Shown here: positions 1 to 9,642 of the stretch, in pieces
Layout of the letters: each line of letters opens with the position of its first letter
Position numbering within the stretch: the stretch's first letter is position 1
Origin: Candidatus Dojkabacteria bacterium UBA4813
GTDB lineage: Bacteria > Patescibacteriota > Dojkabacteria > SC72
Assembly: GCA_002402455.1 (NCBI GenBank)
Contig: DHFX01000007.1
Location: 1-33,078 of the forward strand
Reading direction: 5' to 3'
Length of the DNA: 33,078 nucleotides
The notes under the pieces: model-generated
Seen by the model: only the letters and a program-made list of their open reading frames with translations
The model's database searches: none
Told to the model about the DNA's origin: nothing
Position numbers and translations under genes: made by a program

Positions 1-111
1 GAAGAATTGGAAAACATACTAGATGAAATTGGTATGCCTGAAGATAATACCGTACTTAAAAGTGCTGTAACAAAAATATCCGACCTACTACACTCTCTAA
101 GAAATACTTAG
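1..111 (+). CDS. 3' end of a CDS entering from the left (partial, unknown product)
   Basis: Frame 1 is open from base 1 (EELENILDEIGMPEDNTVLKSAVTKISDLLHSLRNT) to TAG at 109-111, convergent with the 114..446 ORF. Confidence 0.5.
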   Translation, partial: EELENILDEIGMPEDNTVLKSAVTKISDLLHSLRNT

Positions 112-113
112 GG

Positions 114-446
114 TTATTTTCTTCCAAGCTTTTTCTCTTGAGCTTTTATCCAATCATCTACGGCCTTATTTATATCTGCATCTTCTTTTAGTCCTAGTTC
201 TTCCCTTACCAAAGATTCATTCATCCTCTTCGCTCTTTTAGCTTCTCTTGACTCTTTCAACGTCTCATCATAATCCAGTACATCACAATAAGTTTGTGTT
301 GATACTATATCTCCCGTGGGATTTTCGTTTGCACCATTCATAGTTGTAGAAAGCATTCTTATAGCCTCGGTTTCCGTATATCCTTCATTTAAAAGCTCTT
401 GTATCTCATCTTGATCGTATTTAGGAACTTCTGTTTCTAAAGGCAT
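114..446 (-). CDS. hypothetical protein (110 aa, acidic N-terminal half, helical C-terminal half)
   Basis: ORF with protein-like composition filling the space; no recognised motif. Confidence 0.7.
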   Translation of the reverse strand: MPLETEVPKYDQDEIQELLNEGYTETEAIRMLSTTMNGANENPTGDIVSTQTYCDVLDYDETLKESREAKRAKRMNESLVREELGLKEDADINKAVDDWIKAQEKKLGRK

Positions 447-523
447 AGCATAGGTTATTCAAATATTATTTTACCATTGTAATATCCACACACTAAAAAA
501 GCAAAATATCTATTTGGAAAACC

Positions 524-586
524 CCCTAACCCTTAAAAATTCATATATGCAATTTAATGCATAAATTTTCTTTAAAAGGGTTAGGG
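524..586 (-). terminator. long hairpin downstream of the 599..1321 gene (terminator-like or 3' stabilising structure)
   Basis: CCCTAACCCTT (524-534) / AAGGGTTAGGG (576-586) perfect 11 bp, inner TATGCA/TGCATA (546-551/558-563); followed by GGTTTT on the minus strand. Confidence 0.55.
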
Positions 587-598
587 TATAGATAGTTA

Positions 599-1321
599 TT
601 AGTGGAAATTCTGACAATATTGTTCTCTAGGAATACCCCAGAAGTCTTCGACATGTTGAATTCGAGCTTCAGAAAGAGCTTCTAGGTTGTTTCCGCAAAG
701 ATACGAGAACATGTACGTTTCAGACATGTCCTCATGTGGATTCTCCAAGCTATATTGAGAAAGAACTTTATAAAAGTTTTCCTCAGCTTGGGGGATCTCT
801 TCCTTCCATCCAACGTCCTTAGCATATTCGTTCAAGTATGATTCATGATTATACTGTATGACATGTACATACTCATGAACTAGGATCATCGCAAAGAGAC
901 CGTCGTCAATCTTTTCTGACCCTGTAATTGGTTCGAGAAAAACCTCTCCACCTCGAGCGAACGCTATGTTTCCCGGATCGATTTCATAAAGCCTTGTTAT
1001 TGTTTCCTCCGTCAGGTAGAAAAAATCCGTTGGGTTCTCATCCAATGAATATTCTACAGTGACATCCTCAGATAGTGAATCCATCACTGTGTAGAAAATC
1101 TCTAAACGTTCTTTCGGCATAGGATTCCCCCTCTCCCAATAGAGTTTAGCTTGATGATATTCCAGGGATTCCAATTCTATACCAAAGAGCTTTACCTTCA
1201 TCTCTGTCTCAAAACCAGAGATCATAAGGATAAAGCAACAGAGCTCCACCACAACAGCTACCACACCAATAAACGAGTAAAAACCACAAACCAAGTCGCC
1301 AAAATTCTTCTCTTTTTTCAT
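599..1321 (-). CDS. membrane-anchored zincin-like metallopeptidase (putative)
   Basis: N-terminal hydrophobic helix; HEXXH motif (ILVHEYVHVIQ) plus downstream Y..xNPHEDMSETY third-ligand motif; SD AAGGAG before ATG. Confidence 0.7.
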   Translation of the reverse strand: MKKEKNFGDLVCGFYSFIGVVAVVVELCCFILMISGFETEMKVKLFGIELESLEYHQAKLYWERGNPMPKERLEIFYTVMDSLSEDVTVEYSLDENPTDFFYLTEETITRLYEIDPGNIAFARGGEVFLEPITGSEKIDDGLFAMILVHEYVHVIQYNHESYLNEYAKDVGWKEEIPQAEENFYKVLSQYSLENPHEDMSETYMFSYLCGNNLEALSEARIQHVEDFWGIPREQYCQNFH

Positions 1322-1502
1322 CTAATTCTCCTTGGTGCATAAACACCACTCACTAGTGACAATTTTTACAAAGCAACAAACTAACTAAACATGTAATTAG
1401 CTTAATGCTTTGTAAAAACGTCTTTTGGAGAATAACTATCTATATACTTTTGAAGCACAAAGAAGATACTAAGTATCATTCATAAATGTGCTACAAACAG
1501 GT

Positions 1503-1567
1503 AATTATTAAAGAGCAGTACACTAATTGAACGGCACAATTATATCATTTTAGATACTATAGGTCAA
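1503..1567 (-). promoter_or_regulatory. sigma70 promoter plus boxA-like element driving the 599..1321 gene
   Basis: Minus strand TTGACC (1567-1562), 17 nt, TATAAT (1544-1539) with TG extended -10; TGCTCTTTAATAATT (1517-1503) resembles rrn boxA TGCTCTTTAACAA. Confidence 0.7.
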
Positions 1568-1574
1568 AGGGAGA

Positions 1575-1648
1575 TGGTTGCGGGACATGGACTCGAACCA
1601 TGATCGACGGCTTCAAAGGCCGGTGTCCTACCATTAGACGATCCCGCA
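1575..1648 (-). tRNA. tRNA-Gln(TTG)
   Basis: TGCGGGA/TCCCGCA acceptor stem, anticodon loop CTTTGAA, GGTTCGAGTCC T-arm, encoded CCA; U1-A72 pair typical of bacterial tRNA-Gln. Confidence 0.95.
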
Positions 1649-1716
1649 ATATGAAGAAATTATACTATATGTTTATATTAAATAAAAAGAAAATATAATG
1701 TAAGATATAATCACCC

Positions 1717-2877
1717 ATGTCCCCCTTTAAAAAAACAACAAAAATTAAGACCCAAATTGAAAGAAAGAAACCAAAAGAAAAAAGAAATACTAACCCCACG
1801 GGGAAGGTATATATGCCCCAAGGTAAAAATTTTTCAATAAAGCATAAAAGTAAAAGAAAATTTTCCCTCTTTAAAAAACAAAATAACAAATTCAACGTTA
1901 AAAGGAGAAAAAAGAGGAACTTTTCAAAGATATTTTTTTACACCCTTTTAGTTCTAGCATTTGCCGGCCTGTTCTACATCTCGGTACTTTCTATTATAAG
2001 AACGCGAAATGGTAGTACCAAGGAAGATGCAAATGTAGAATATGTAGTGGGATTAAACGATATTCCCTCTTACCCGAATTCCGATTTTATATTCAAAAAC
2101 AATATAAAAGAAATATCTGTTGCTAATTTTCTTGCTACCGGAAACTCTGCCTACCGCTTACCTCTCGGAACTACAACGCAAGAAGCATATAAATATTACC
2201 AAGAAATCCTCCCTGAACTTGGTTGGGAACATGTACTCTCCGTTGAGGTCGGTTCTGAAGAAATGAAAGAGGGAGAGTATTGGGTTAAAGGAACAAATGG
2301 TCTTAGAATATATTCCAAGTTTAATGATCTCTGGTACGAAACATTAACTTTGGAAGAGGCAACTACCGGTTTAAGAGCAAGAGTCGTTGAGGAAACGGAA
2401 AGAGAGCTACTCTTAGTAGGAGAAGATTTCCAAGAATTGCTTCCGGATTTTCCATGGATTCTAAGAGTCCCTAAAGAATATATTATCTCCTATAGTGCTT
2501 CCTCTTACAAAGACTTTAGAACTGTTGAATTCAGAAAGATTGGGTCGTCAGATATTGTAAGTGTTGTACCAATTGGAGCAGTTGGAGATGTACTGGATAA
2601 TTATCTTCAAGAATATTGTGATCTTCTCAATACAACCGGAGAAGGAGAAGAAGAAGAGAAAGGAGGAAACTGGACGATATCCAATACAATCCTTGCAACA
2701 ACATCCTACGGAAGTGCTTTAAGAGGTTCTATAACAAATGGACCAGAGGATCATGATATCGCCGTAGTGTCCAATAGTTACAACGGTGTAGTTTATGTAA
2801 TAGATGCAAATACCCCAAAAGACCCATTTTTAGATTATCTATTTGATAACATGGAACCTGCTAATATCCAAAGGTAG
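1717..2877 (+). CDS. hypothetical single-pass membrane protein (Lys-rich N-terminus, TM helix, ~290-aa external domain)
   Basis: 386-aa ORF; TM IFFYTLLVLAFAGLFYISVLSII; TATAAT 5 nt upstream of ATG. Confidence 0.8.
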   Translation: MSPFKKTTKIKTQIERKKPKEKRNTNPTGKVYMPQGKNFSIKHKSKRKFSLFKKQNNKFNVKRRKKRNFSKIFFYTLLVLAFAGLFYISVLSIIRTRNGSTKEDANVEYVVGLNDIPSYPNSDFIFKNNIKEISVANFLATGNSAYRLPLGTTTQEAYKYYQEILPELGWEHVLSVEVGSEEMKEGEYWVKGTNGLRIYSKFNDLWYETLTLEEATTGLRARVVEETERELLLVGEDFQELLPDFPWILRVPKEYIISYSASSYKDFRTVEFRKIGSSDIVSVVPIGAVGDVLDNYLQEYCDLLNTTGEGEEEEKGGNWTISNTILATTSYGSALRGSITNGPEDHDIAVVSNSYNGVVYVIDANTPKDPFLDYLFDNMEPANIQR

Positions 2878-2880
2878 TAT

Positions 2881-4401
2881 TTATGAATTAAAATGTTTAT
2901 ATATTTCCTCTGATACGGTTTTATTATTTATACTCTTGTTAATTTCATCAATACTGGCTCTCTTTAAACTTTTTATATCCCCAAAATCTTTCAGAAGTTT
3001 TTTCATCCTTTTCTTACCTACGCCGGATATTTTTTCTAATTCGGTATTTTTAGCTTCTCTGATTCTACTCTTTCGATGATGTAGTATTGCAAACCTATGT
3101 GCCTCATCTCTAAGGTCTATTAGAATAGATTTATTTACAATCTCTGCTCTGGTTATATCACTCTCCTCTTTACTTGGATTCGTAATTAGCCAAAATTCAT
3201 CTAATTGCCTAGCTCCCTTTCTTTTAAGTCTTTTTCCTTTAGAAATACCCATTAATGTTGATTCGGGAGGTAAAATTCCTTTTAGCCCTTTATAAAGAAC
3301 AGATAACTGAGACTTTCCACCGTCTATTAGAATAATATCCGGATCGGAGGGATATTTCATACGGTTCTTGTCATCAAAACGCCTTTCTAAAACTCTCTTT
3401 AACATAGCGGGGTCGTTTGGTGTAGTTATATCCTCTATCTTAAAAATCCTGTACTGATCTCTTTGTATTTCACCATTTTCTGCTACTACCATAGAACCAT
3501 ATGCCAATTTACCCTGTATATTGGAAATGTCATAACACTCTATTCTATTGAGTTTCTTAAGTCCCAATTCTCTTTTTAAGTCCTCAAACTCACTTCTTAG
3601 AACCTCTTCTCTTCTTTCTTTGTAAGATTGTTCCGTATCGTTTGGTAAAAAGTCTATTTTCTCTCCTAAGTACCTAAGGTCGGAAATTTTATCTCTTAAG
3701 ATTGCAGCTTTTTCAAAATTCTTTTCTTTCGAATATTCGTACATCTTTTTTTCCATTTCCTTAATTTGACCTCTTTTTCTTCCACTTAGAAACTTTATTA
3801 TTTCATTAATATTCTTCCTGTAATCTTCTTCAGATATGTGTCCCTGATACGGGCCGGGACAGAGACCAAGATGGAAGTAGAAACACTCTTTACTGCTCTT
3901 TTTATCACATGTACAAAAAGGATATAGTTTTCTTAGATAAGTAAATATCCTCTTTGTCGCAGAAGTGCTAGGATATGGTCCAAAAAGTCTGCCCTTTTTC
4001 ATCTCCTCGTTGTTTACCCTTCTGACTATTTTTACTGTTGGGAATTTCTCTTTTGTAGAGATATATATCCATACATATGACTTGTCATCTTTTTTATCAC
4101 TATTATAAAAGGGTTTATATTTCTTAATTAAGGAAGATTCCAAAACAAGAGATTCTATTTCGTTGTTTGTTTCGGTAATAGAAATATCTTTAATGTATGG
4201 GATCATCTGTTTTATGCGAGGGCGATCATATAAGGTGCTTGAAAAATATGAGCTTACCCTATTTCTAAGGTTTGTTGCTTTCCCTATGTATAATATTTCA
4301 CCCTTTTCATTTAGAAATTTGTAGATCCCGGGTTTTTGTGGAAGAAGTTTAACTTTACTCTTCAAATAATCAACGCTTGTATTAGTAATATTCTTGCTCA
4401 T
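2881..4401 (-). CDS. uvrC: excinuclease ABC subunit C
   Basis: GIY-YIG N-terminus (PGIYKF...YIGKATNLRNRVSSYF), UVR domain (FEKAAILRD), RIECYDISN, PDIILIDGGKSQL, RDEAHRFA, C-terminal HhH. Confidence 0.97.
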   Translation of the reverse strand: MSKNITNTSVDYLKSKVKLLPQKPGIYKFLNEKGEILYIGKATNLRNRVSSYFSSTLYDRPRIKQMIPYIKDISITETNNEIESLVLESSLIKKYKPFYNSDKKDDKSYVWIYISTKEKFPTVKIVRRVNNEEMKKGRLFGPYPSTSATKRIFTYLRKLYPFCTCDKKSSKECFYFHLGLCPGPYQGHISEEDYRKNINEIIKFLSGRKRGQIKEMEKKMYEYSKEKNFEKAAILRDKISDLRYLGEKIDFLPNDTEQSYKERREEVLRSEFEDLKRELGLKKLNRIECYDISNIQGKLAYGSMVVAENGEIQRDQYRIFKIEDITTPNDPAMLKRVLERRFDDKNRMKYPSDPDIILIDGGKSQLSVLYKGLKGILPPESTLMGISKGKRLKRKGARQLDEFWLITNPSKEESDITRAEIVNKSILIDLRDEAHRFAILHHRKSRIREAKNTELEKISGVGKKRMKKLLKDFGDIKSLKRASIDEINKSINNKTVSEEIYKHFNS

Positions 4402-4432
4402 ACGTGAATTATACCAGTTGAGATGAAGCTCT

Positions 4433-7400
4433 CTAAAACTTTTTAAGCCACTCTTTAGTTTCTTGATTCATTGCTATTTTCTTTTTAAGAACAACATTCT
4501 TGTTTGAATTCCCGTCGTTTACAATAATTCTAACTGCAGTATCTCCATTAGATTCTTGTATGTACTTCTTTAGTGCTGCTATCTCTTCTTCAGAATGTAG
4601 GGGTGTTATCCTAAAGGTAATACCGTCAAATTTGGAAGAGTGTTTGTCGGTGTCAATATATTTAGCTTTTTGAACAATAATGCTCTTTTGTCCGTCTCGG
4701 ACATTTAGTCTTCCTGCTATAAGCATCGGTTTATTTTCCGCTAATGTGTTTTTGATCTCTTTGTATACCCTAGGAAATACAACAGCTTCTGTTTTTGCAG
4801 TTTTATCTTCAATTGTAAGAAAGACCATTACTTCCCCTTTCCTAGTGGTTATTTTTCTAACTTTGGTAACCATAACACCTAAGATCAGGAGATCATTATT
4901 TTTCTTAATTTCTAATGCTTCAGCCAAAGGAATTACATTCTTTTGGTTGAAGAATTCCTGCAGATTATCCAGAGGGTGGCTTGAAAAATATAATCCCAGT
5001 AACTCTTTCTCCCACTTTAGAATATCTGCTATCTCTACTTCTGCATCTACTGGTAAGTTTGTTTTACCTATCAAATCTTCTTTCCTATCATGTCCGTTCA
5101 TAGAGTTGTTCATTTCAAAGATATCTATTTGTCCCATTTCCTCAGTCTTTTTAGCTGATTTTATTTTGTTGTAGACATCATCCAAAATTTGAAGTAGGGC
5201 TCCTCTTGGTCCAAACGAATCCATGGTTCCTGCCATTATTAAGTACTCTACGGCCTTTTTATTTATGTTCTTGAAATTTCTGTTTACAAAATCGTCCAGA
5301 TGTTGGTAAGAACCATTTGACTCTCTTTCCTTAACAATGTTTTGGACAATGTCTTCTCCAATGTTCTTAATACCACCTAGTCCGAAGCGAATGCTCTTAT
5401 CTCCTTCAACTGTAAAATAAAAATCACTTTTGTTTATGTCCGGAGGAAGTACTTCTATACCAAGCCTCTCACATTCTACTAGGTCTAAAATGACTCTATC
5501 GAATTTTTCTAGATCTCCCTCTAGAAGAGCAGCCATGTATTCTAGTGGGTAATGTGCTTTCAAGTAGGCTGTCCAGTAGGCTATTGTTGCGTAAGATGCA
5601 CTATGTGCTTTGTTAAAACCGTAATTAGCAAACTGAACTAACCTTTCCCAGATTTTTTCCATATCTTTCTTTTTATACCCAAGTTTTACACCACCCTCTA
5701 CGAATACCGGTTTTTCTGCTTTCATTACATCTAATTTCTTTTTCCCCATTGCTCTTCTAAGAATGTCTGCAGCTCCAAGAGAGTAACCTGCTACAACTTG
5801 AGCAATTTTCATTACTTGCTCTTGGTAAGAGATAACCCCGTTGGTTACTGAAAGAATTGGTTTAAGGTCGTCTATTATGTAATCCGGTTTCTGTTTGCCT
5901 TTTTTAACCTCTGCATACTCCGAGATAAACTGCATAGGACCGGGTCTGTATGCTGCAAGGATGTAAGAGATATCTTCCATTGTTTCCGGTTCTAACAGTT
6001 TTATTGTTCTTCTCATACCTTCACTTTCCAATTGGAATATTCCTACAGTATGACCGGATTTAATTAAGTCGTAAGTTTTTTTATCTTTTGTGTCTATCGT
6101 TGCAAGATCTATCTTCTCCCCTTCTCGTCCTTCTATCTTTTTAAGTGCGGATCCAATGATATTCAGATTCCTAAGACCAAGAAAGTCAAACTTCATAATC
6201 CCGATGGCTTCCAGATCCGACATTTCGTATTGACTCATACCCATACCTCCACCGTGAGCATCCCTTTGGATAGGAACATATTCTACAACCGGTTGTGGGG
6301 TAATAATAATTCCACAGGCATGTGTAGAAACCCCTCTACAAAGACCGGAGACTCTACGAACTACATCTGCAAGATACCGAGTCTTTTCTGAAGAATTTAT
6401 TATCTGAGCAAACTCCGGATTATGTTCAAGCATGTAGTCAATATCCTTACTCTTCCCGAAGACTATTTCCACCATTTTAGAGAGTTCGTCTGCTACTTCC
6501 AGCTGAACACCTATAACCCTTGCAACATCTCTAATGGCTTGCCTAGTTTGTAACTTACTAAATGTTCCTATCTGTTTTACATTATCTATTCCATATTTCT
6601 CTATTGTGTACTCTATGACTTCATCTCTGCGTTTATCTGCTATATCAATGTCAAAGTCAGGAGGACTAGGTCTTTCCGGATTAAGAAATCTTTCAAAATA
6701 TAACTCCCATTTTATTGGTTCAATATCTGTAATATCCACGACATAAGCTACAACCGAACCACAACCGGAACCCCGCATTCCTACAACAATATCGTTGTCT
6801 TTACAAAATCTAACAATGTCTCTAACAACCAGAAAATAGTCATCGTAGCCCTTGTCGTGGATTATTTTCAATTCATAATCTATTCTATCCTTTAATTCCT
6901 TGGACAAATTCCCGTACTTTTTCTCAACTCCCTCATAGGTGAGTTTTTTAAGATATTCATGCGAAGTTATCCCTTTGGGTAAGTCTTTGTAGGGGTTCTC
7001 TATTCTACCGAAGGTTATATCATACTCTTCAACGCTGTTTACTATCTTTTGAGTGTTTTCAATTGCCTGTGGAATATCTTTAAACAACTCTTCCATCTCC
7101 TTAGGTGTCTTTACATAAAATTCATTAGTCGGCATCCTCCTCCTTTGAGGGTCGTCCATAGTGTTGCCATCACTAATACACCATAGAATCTCTTGTATCT
7201 GTGCATCTCCCTTGTCCAGATAATGGCTATCGCATGTTGCAACTAATGGTAAATCTAATTCGTCTGCTATTTTAAGAAGCCCTTCATTAACAATCTCCTG
7301 CTCCTTCATACCGTTTCTCTGAAGCTCAATATAAAAATTGTCCTTAAATATCTCTTTGTATTTCTTAGCAGTCTCAAGGGCTTCTTTAAAATTCCCTTTT

Positions 7401-7837
7401 AAAATCGGTTGGCTTATAGGACCTGCCAAACAGGCAGAAAGAGCAATTAAACCCTCTGAATATTTACTTAAAGTTTCCACATCTATTCTTGGTTTGTAGT
7501 AAAAACCCTCCATGTGAGAAACAGAGACTATTTTCATTAAATTTTTATACCCCTGTAAATTTTTCGCTAAAACAACCAAATGAAAGTACTGATCATCTAT
7601 CCCATGCTCTTTCTGATCCATACCCCTTGGAGCGATATATATCTCCGAGCCAATTATAGGCTTCAATCCTTCGTCCTTCATAGCTTTCTGGAATTTATAA
7701 ACACCGTACATATTCCCATGATCCGTAATTGCACAAGCGTTCATTTTCTCCGCCTTAAGTTTCTCTATTAACTCCGGAATCCTAATTGCTCCGTCAAGTA
7801 AAGAATATTCTGTGTGTAAGTGTAAGTGTGTGAACAT
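4433..7837 (-). CDS. dnaE: DNA polymerase III subunit alpha
   Basis: PHP domain (FTHLHLHTEYSLLDG, AITDHGNMYG), RGSGCGS, FERFLNPERPSPPDFDID, FANYGFNKAHS, OB fold; start placed at ATG 7837 (MFTHLH) rather than 7888. Confidence 0.97.
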   Translation of the reverse strand: MFTHLHLHTEYSLLDGAIRIPELIEKLKAEKMNACAITDHGNMYGVYKFQKAMKDEGLKPIIGSEIYIAPRGMDQKEHGIDDQYFHLVVLAKNLQGYKNLMKIVSVSHMEGFYYKPRIDVETLSKYSEGLIALSACLAGPISQPILKGNFKEALETAKKYKEIFKDNFYIELQRNGMKEQEIVNEGLLKIADELDLPLVATCDSHYLDKGDAQIQEILWCISDGNTMDDPQRRRMPTNEFYVKTPKEMEELFKDIPQAIENTQKIVNSVEEYDITFGRIENPYKDLPKGITSHEYLKKLTYEGVEKKYGNLSKELKDRIDYELKIIHDKGYDDYFLVVRDIVRFCKDNDIVVGMRGSGCGSVVAYVVDITDIEPIKWELYFERFLNPERPSPPDFDIDIADKRRDEVIEYTIEKYGIDNVKQIGTFSKLQTRQAIRDVARVIGVQLEVADELSKMVEIVFGKSKDIDYMLEHNPEFAQIINSSEKTRYLADVVRRVSGLCRGVSTHACGIIITPQPVVEYVPIQRDAHGGGMGMSQYEMSDLEAIGIMKFDFLGLRNLNIIGSALKKIEGREGEKIDLATIDTKDKKTYDLIKSGHTVGIFQLESEGMRRTIKLLEPETMEDISYILAAYRPGPMQFISEYAEVKKGKQKPDYIIDDLKPILSVTNGVISYQEQVMKIAQVVAGYSLGAADILRRAMGKKKLDVMKAEKPVFVEGGVKLGYKKKDMEKIWERLVQFANYGFNKAHSASYATIAYWTAYLKAHYPLEYMAALLEGDLEKFDRVILDLVECERLGIEVLPPDINKSDFYFTVEGDKSIRFGLGGIKNIGEDIVQNIVKERESNGSYQHLDDFVNRNFKNINKKAVEYLIMAGTMDSFGPRGALLQILDDVYNKIKSAKKTEEMGQIDIFEMNNSMNGHDRKEDLIGKTNLPVDAEVEIADILKWEKELLGLYFSSHPLDNLQEFFNQKNVIPLAEALEIKKNNDLLILGVMVTKVRKITTRKGEVMVFLTIEDKTAKTEAVVFPRVYKEIKNTLAENKPMLIAGRLNVRDGQKSIIVQKAKYIDTDKHSSKFDGITFRITPLHSEEEIAALKKYIQESNGDTAVRIIVNDGNSNKNVVLKKKIAMNQETKEWLKKF

Positions 7838-7873
7838 AACAAATATTGCCCCAATTTGATATACTAAATTATT

Positions 7874-8593
7874 ATGCCAGAAACCCACCGAGAAAAGTCA
7901 AATCTTTCTCTAACAAAGAAATTTAAAGACTCCAGTATTACTAGAGCTTCTGTTGTATTGATTCTTGTTTTAGCCTATTATCTTTTTCTTTCTCCCTATA
8001 CAGAGGCGTTTTTAACAAAAAGCTTGGGAAATATTGCAAGACAGACTTCTAATGTAGAAGTTAACTCTTTGTCTCCAGTCTTTGACATCCATGTTTATGC
8101 CGGAGAATATAATCTCTCTTCCATTGAAAATACAGAGAAGCCGATTATAGAGTCCAAGTTCTTTACTTTAGATCCAAGGGTACTGGCTATGAGTAAATTT
8201 TTGAACGACTACCACTCTCCGATGGCCCCATATGCCGAAATCTTTATAATAGAGGCAGACAGATACGGTCTGGATTGGAGATTAGTAGCCTCCATCTCCG
8301 GTGTAGAATCTGCCTTCGGAAATCTCTTACCGGAGGGTTCACACAATGCCTGGGGATGGAGAGGAATAAAGCAGAATGAAGCCGGATGGAGTGTCTTTGA
8401 TGACTGGGAAGAATCTATAGCCCATGTTACAGAAAGACTTGCTTTAGGATATGGAACAGACCTAACTCCCTTTGACATTCAAGATACTTACTGTCCTCCC
8501 TGTGGAGAAACGGGCCTGGATCTTTGGGCTCATGGTGTAACAAGATACATGAATGAGTTAGAATACTATGTAAATAATTTAGAAAATCTTTAA
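7874..8593 (+). CDS. membrane-anchored lysozyme-fold / glucosaminidase-like protein
   Basis: N-terminal TM; A..YGLDWRLVASISGVESAFG...HNAWGW...F..WEESI...YCPP motif of lysozyme-like cell-wall hydrolases. Confidence 0.7.
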   Translation: MPETHREKSNLSLTKKFKDSSITRASVVLILVLAYYLFLSPYTEAFLTKSLGNIARQTSNVEVNSLSPVFDIHVYAGEYNLSSIENTEKPIIESKFFTLDPRVLAMSKFLNDYHSPMAPYAEIFIIEADRYGLDWRLVASISGVESAFGNLLPEGSHNAWGWRGIKQNEAGWSVFDDWEESIAHVTERLALGYGTDLTPFDIQDTYCPPCGETGLDLWAHGVTRYMNELEYYVNNLENL

Positions 8594-8595
8594 TT

Positions 8596-8883
8596 ATGTT
8601 AAAACTCATAATAAGACTGGCCTACTTCGGTATAATATTCGTAGAGGGATTAATAATAACCAGGATTGTACTCTTGGTAATCAATGCAAATCTGGAGAAT
8701 AACCTTGCAAATTGGGTCTTTAATACAAGTACAACATTTGTAAAACCTTTTGAAGGCATAGTTACAAGTTCTCTTCAAATCAATAACTTTACCTTGGAAT
8801 TAACACCCCTTGTCGCTTTGCTTTTCTACATAATAATAGCATTTGTTCTCTCCGAATTACTCAAATCGTTTTCAAGAGAATAA
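8596..8883 (+). CDS. YggT family membrane protein
   Basis: 95 aa, TM-R(IV)LL...N...W...T..FVKPF.GI...L.PLVALL pattern. Confidence 0.75.
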   Translation: MLKLIIRLAYFGIIFVEGLIITRIVLLVINANLENNLANWVFNTSTTFVKPFEGIVTSSLQINNFTLELTPLVALLFYIIIAFVLSELLKSFSRE

Positions 8884-8907
8884 CATTCATATGGTATAAT
8901 AGCCCTT

Positions 8908-9642
8908 ATGGCACGAATTGACTTAAGAAGTAGTTGCGGTTTTCCTATAATATACGATGGGGAAGAACTGCAAGTAAAAGATTTTTCTTTCAAAGAAAAA
9001 ATAGAGATAACAATAGACGACGTTAGGAGCCAACTCCTAAACAAAGAACTTAATTGCCCGGAAATTTTTTACAAGAAATATAAAGAACTAGACAACCACG
9101 ACCTATACAAACAAAAAGATATAGTGATTAACTTCTATTTACTTCCTCCCAATTTGGCCGGAATAGAATTTGTCAAAACAAGAGCCACTAGGTGTACTAA
9201 ATACCCAAGAATCTTTGACTTTGTCTATGGAAGTGCAACAGTTTTAATCCAAAGATATATAAGCCCAAGGAAAAATAGAGTTATAAAGGTTAGTGTTAGA
9301 AAAAAAGACAAGATTATTATTCCTCCAGGTTATGAAGCTGTTGTTGTTAATACAAGGCAGAACTGCAATCTCATCTTTGCAGAGTACCACAGCCTAAATG
9401 CAAAACCTCGTGTTGTTCTTGATGAAAAAAATGGTTTAGCTTATTATATTATTAGAAAGAATGCTAAGCAGGAAACTGTTCGCAATCCTAGCTTTAAGAT
9501 AGTTAATGAAATTGAAAAAGTAGATTGGGACAAGATAAGAAATGATCTCGGGGTAACTCCCAAGACACCAATAAATAAGCAAATAATGAGAAAGTATGAG
9601 AAATTTGACTGGTTATTTAAAGAGGACTCTATCGAAATATAG
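8908..9642 (+). CDS. cupin-type (archaeal-like) glucose-6-phosphate isomerase homolog with degenerate metal site
   Basis: LLPP.LAG.EFVKT...P..F..VYG.A..LIQ...D.IIIPPGY...VN...GLAYY...N(P).F matches cupin PGI layout; canonical His/Glu ligands absent. Confidence 0.65.
   Translation: MARIDLRSSCGFPIIYDGEELQVKDFSFKEKIEITIDDVRSQLLNKELNCPEIFYKKYKELDNHDLYKQKDIVINFYLLPPNLAGIEFVKTRATRCTKYPRIFDFVYGSATVLIQRYISPRKNRVIKVSVRKKDKIIIPPGYEAVVVNTRQNCNLIFAEYHSLNAKPRVVLDEKNGLAYYIIRKNAKQETVRNPSFKIVNEIEKVDWDKIRNDLGVTPKTPINKQIMRKYEKFDWLFKEDSIEI

Noticed and set aside
524-586. Telomere-like CCCTAA/TTAGGG motifs, also GTTAGGG in the hairpins before the hammerheads
   Set aside because: One or two units only, explained as hairpin arms; arm order differs between loci so homology is unsupported
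447-598. Third hammerhead downstream of the 599..1321 cassette
   Set aside because: No CTGANGA...GAAA core found on either strand in this interval
1556-1565. ACTATAGGTC shared with 26641-26650, both within cassette promoters
   Set aside because: 10-mer in opposite orientation relative to transcription; cannot be distinguished from chance with two instances
4680-7771. Short ORFs antisense to dnaE, and similar ones opposite the TGase gene, gpmI, the surface protein, gatA, 31315 and rnhB
   Set aside because: Nested opposite well-supported genes with no recognisable motifs
4433-7888. Intein or intron in dnaE, and the extended N-terminus from 7888
   Set aside because: Length and motif spacing are normal; the extension overlaps the divergent 7874 gene and precedes the conserved MFTHLH start
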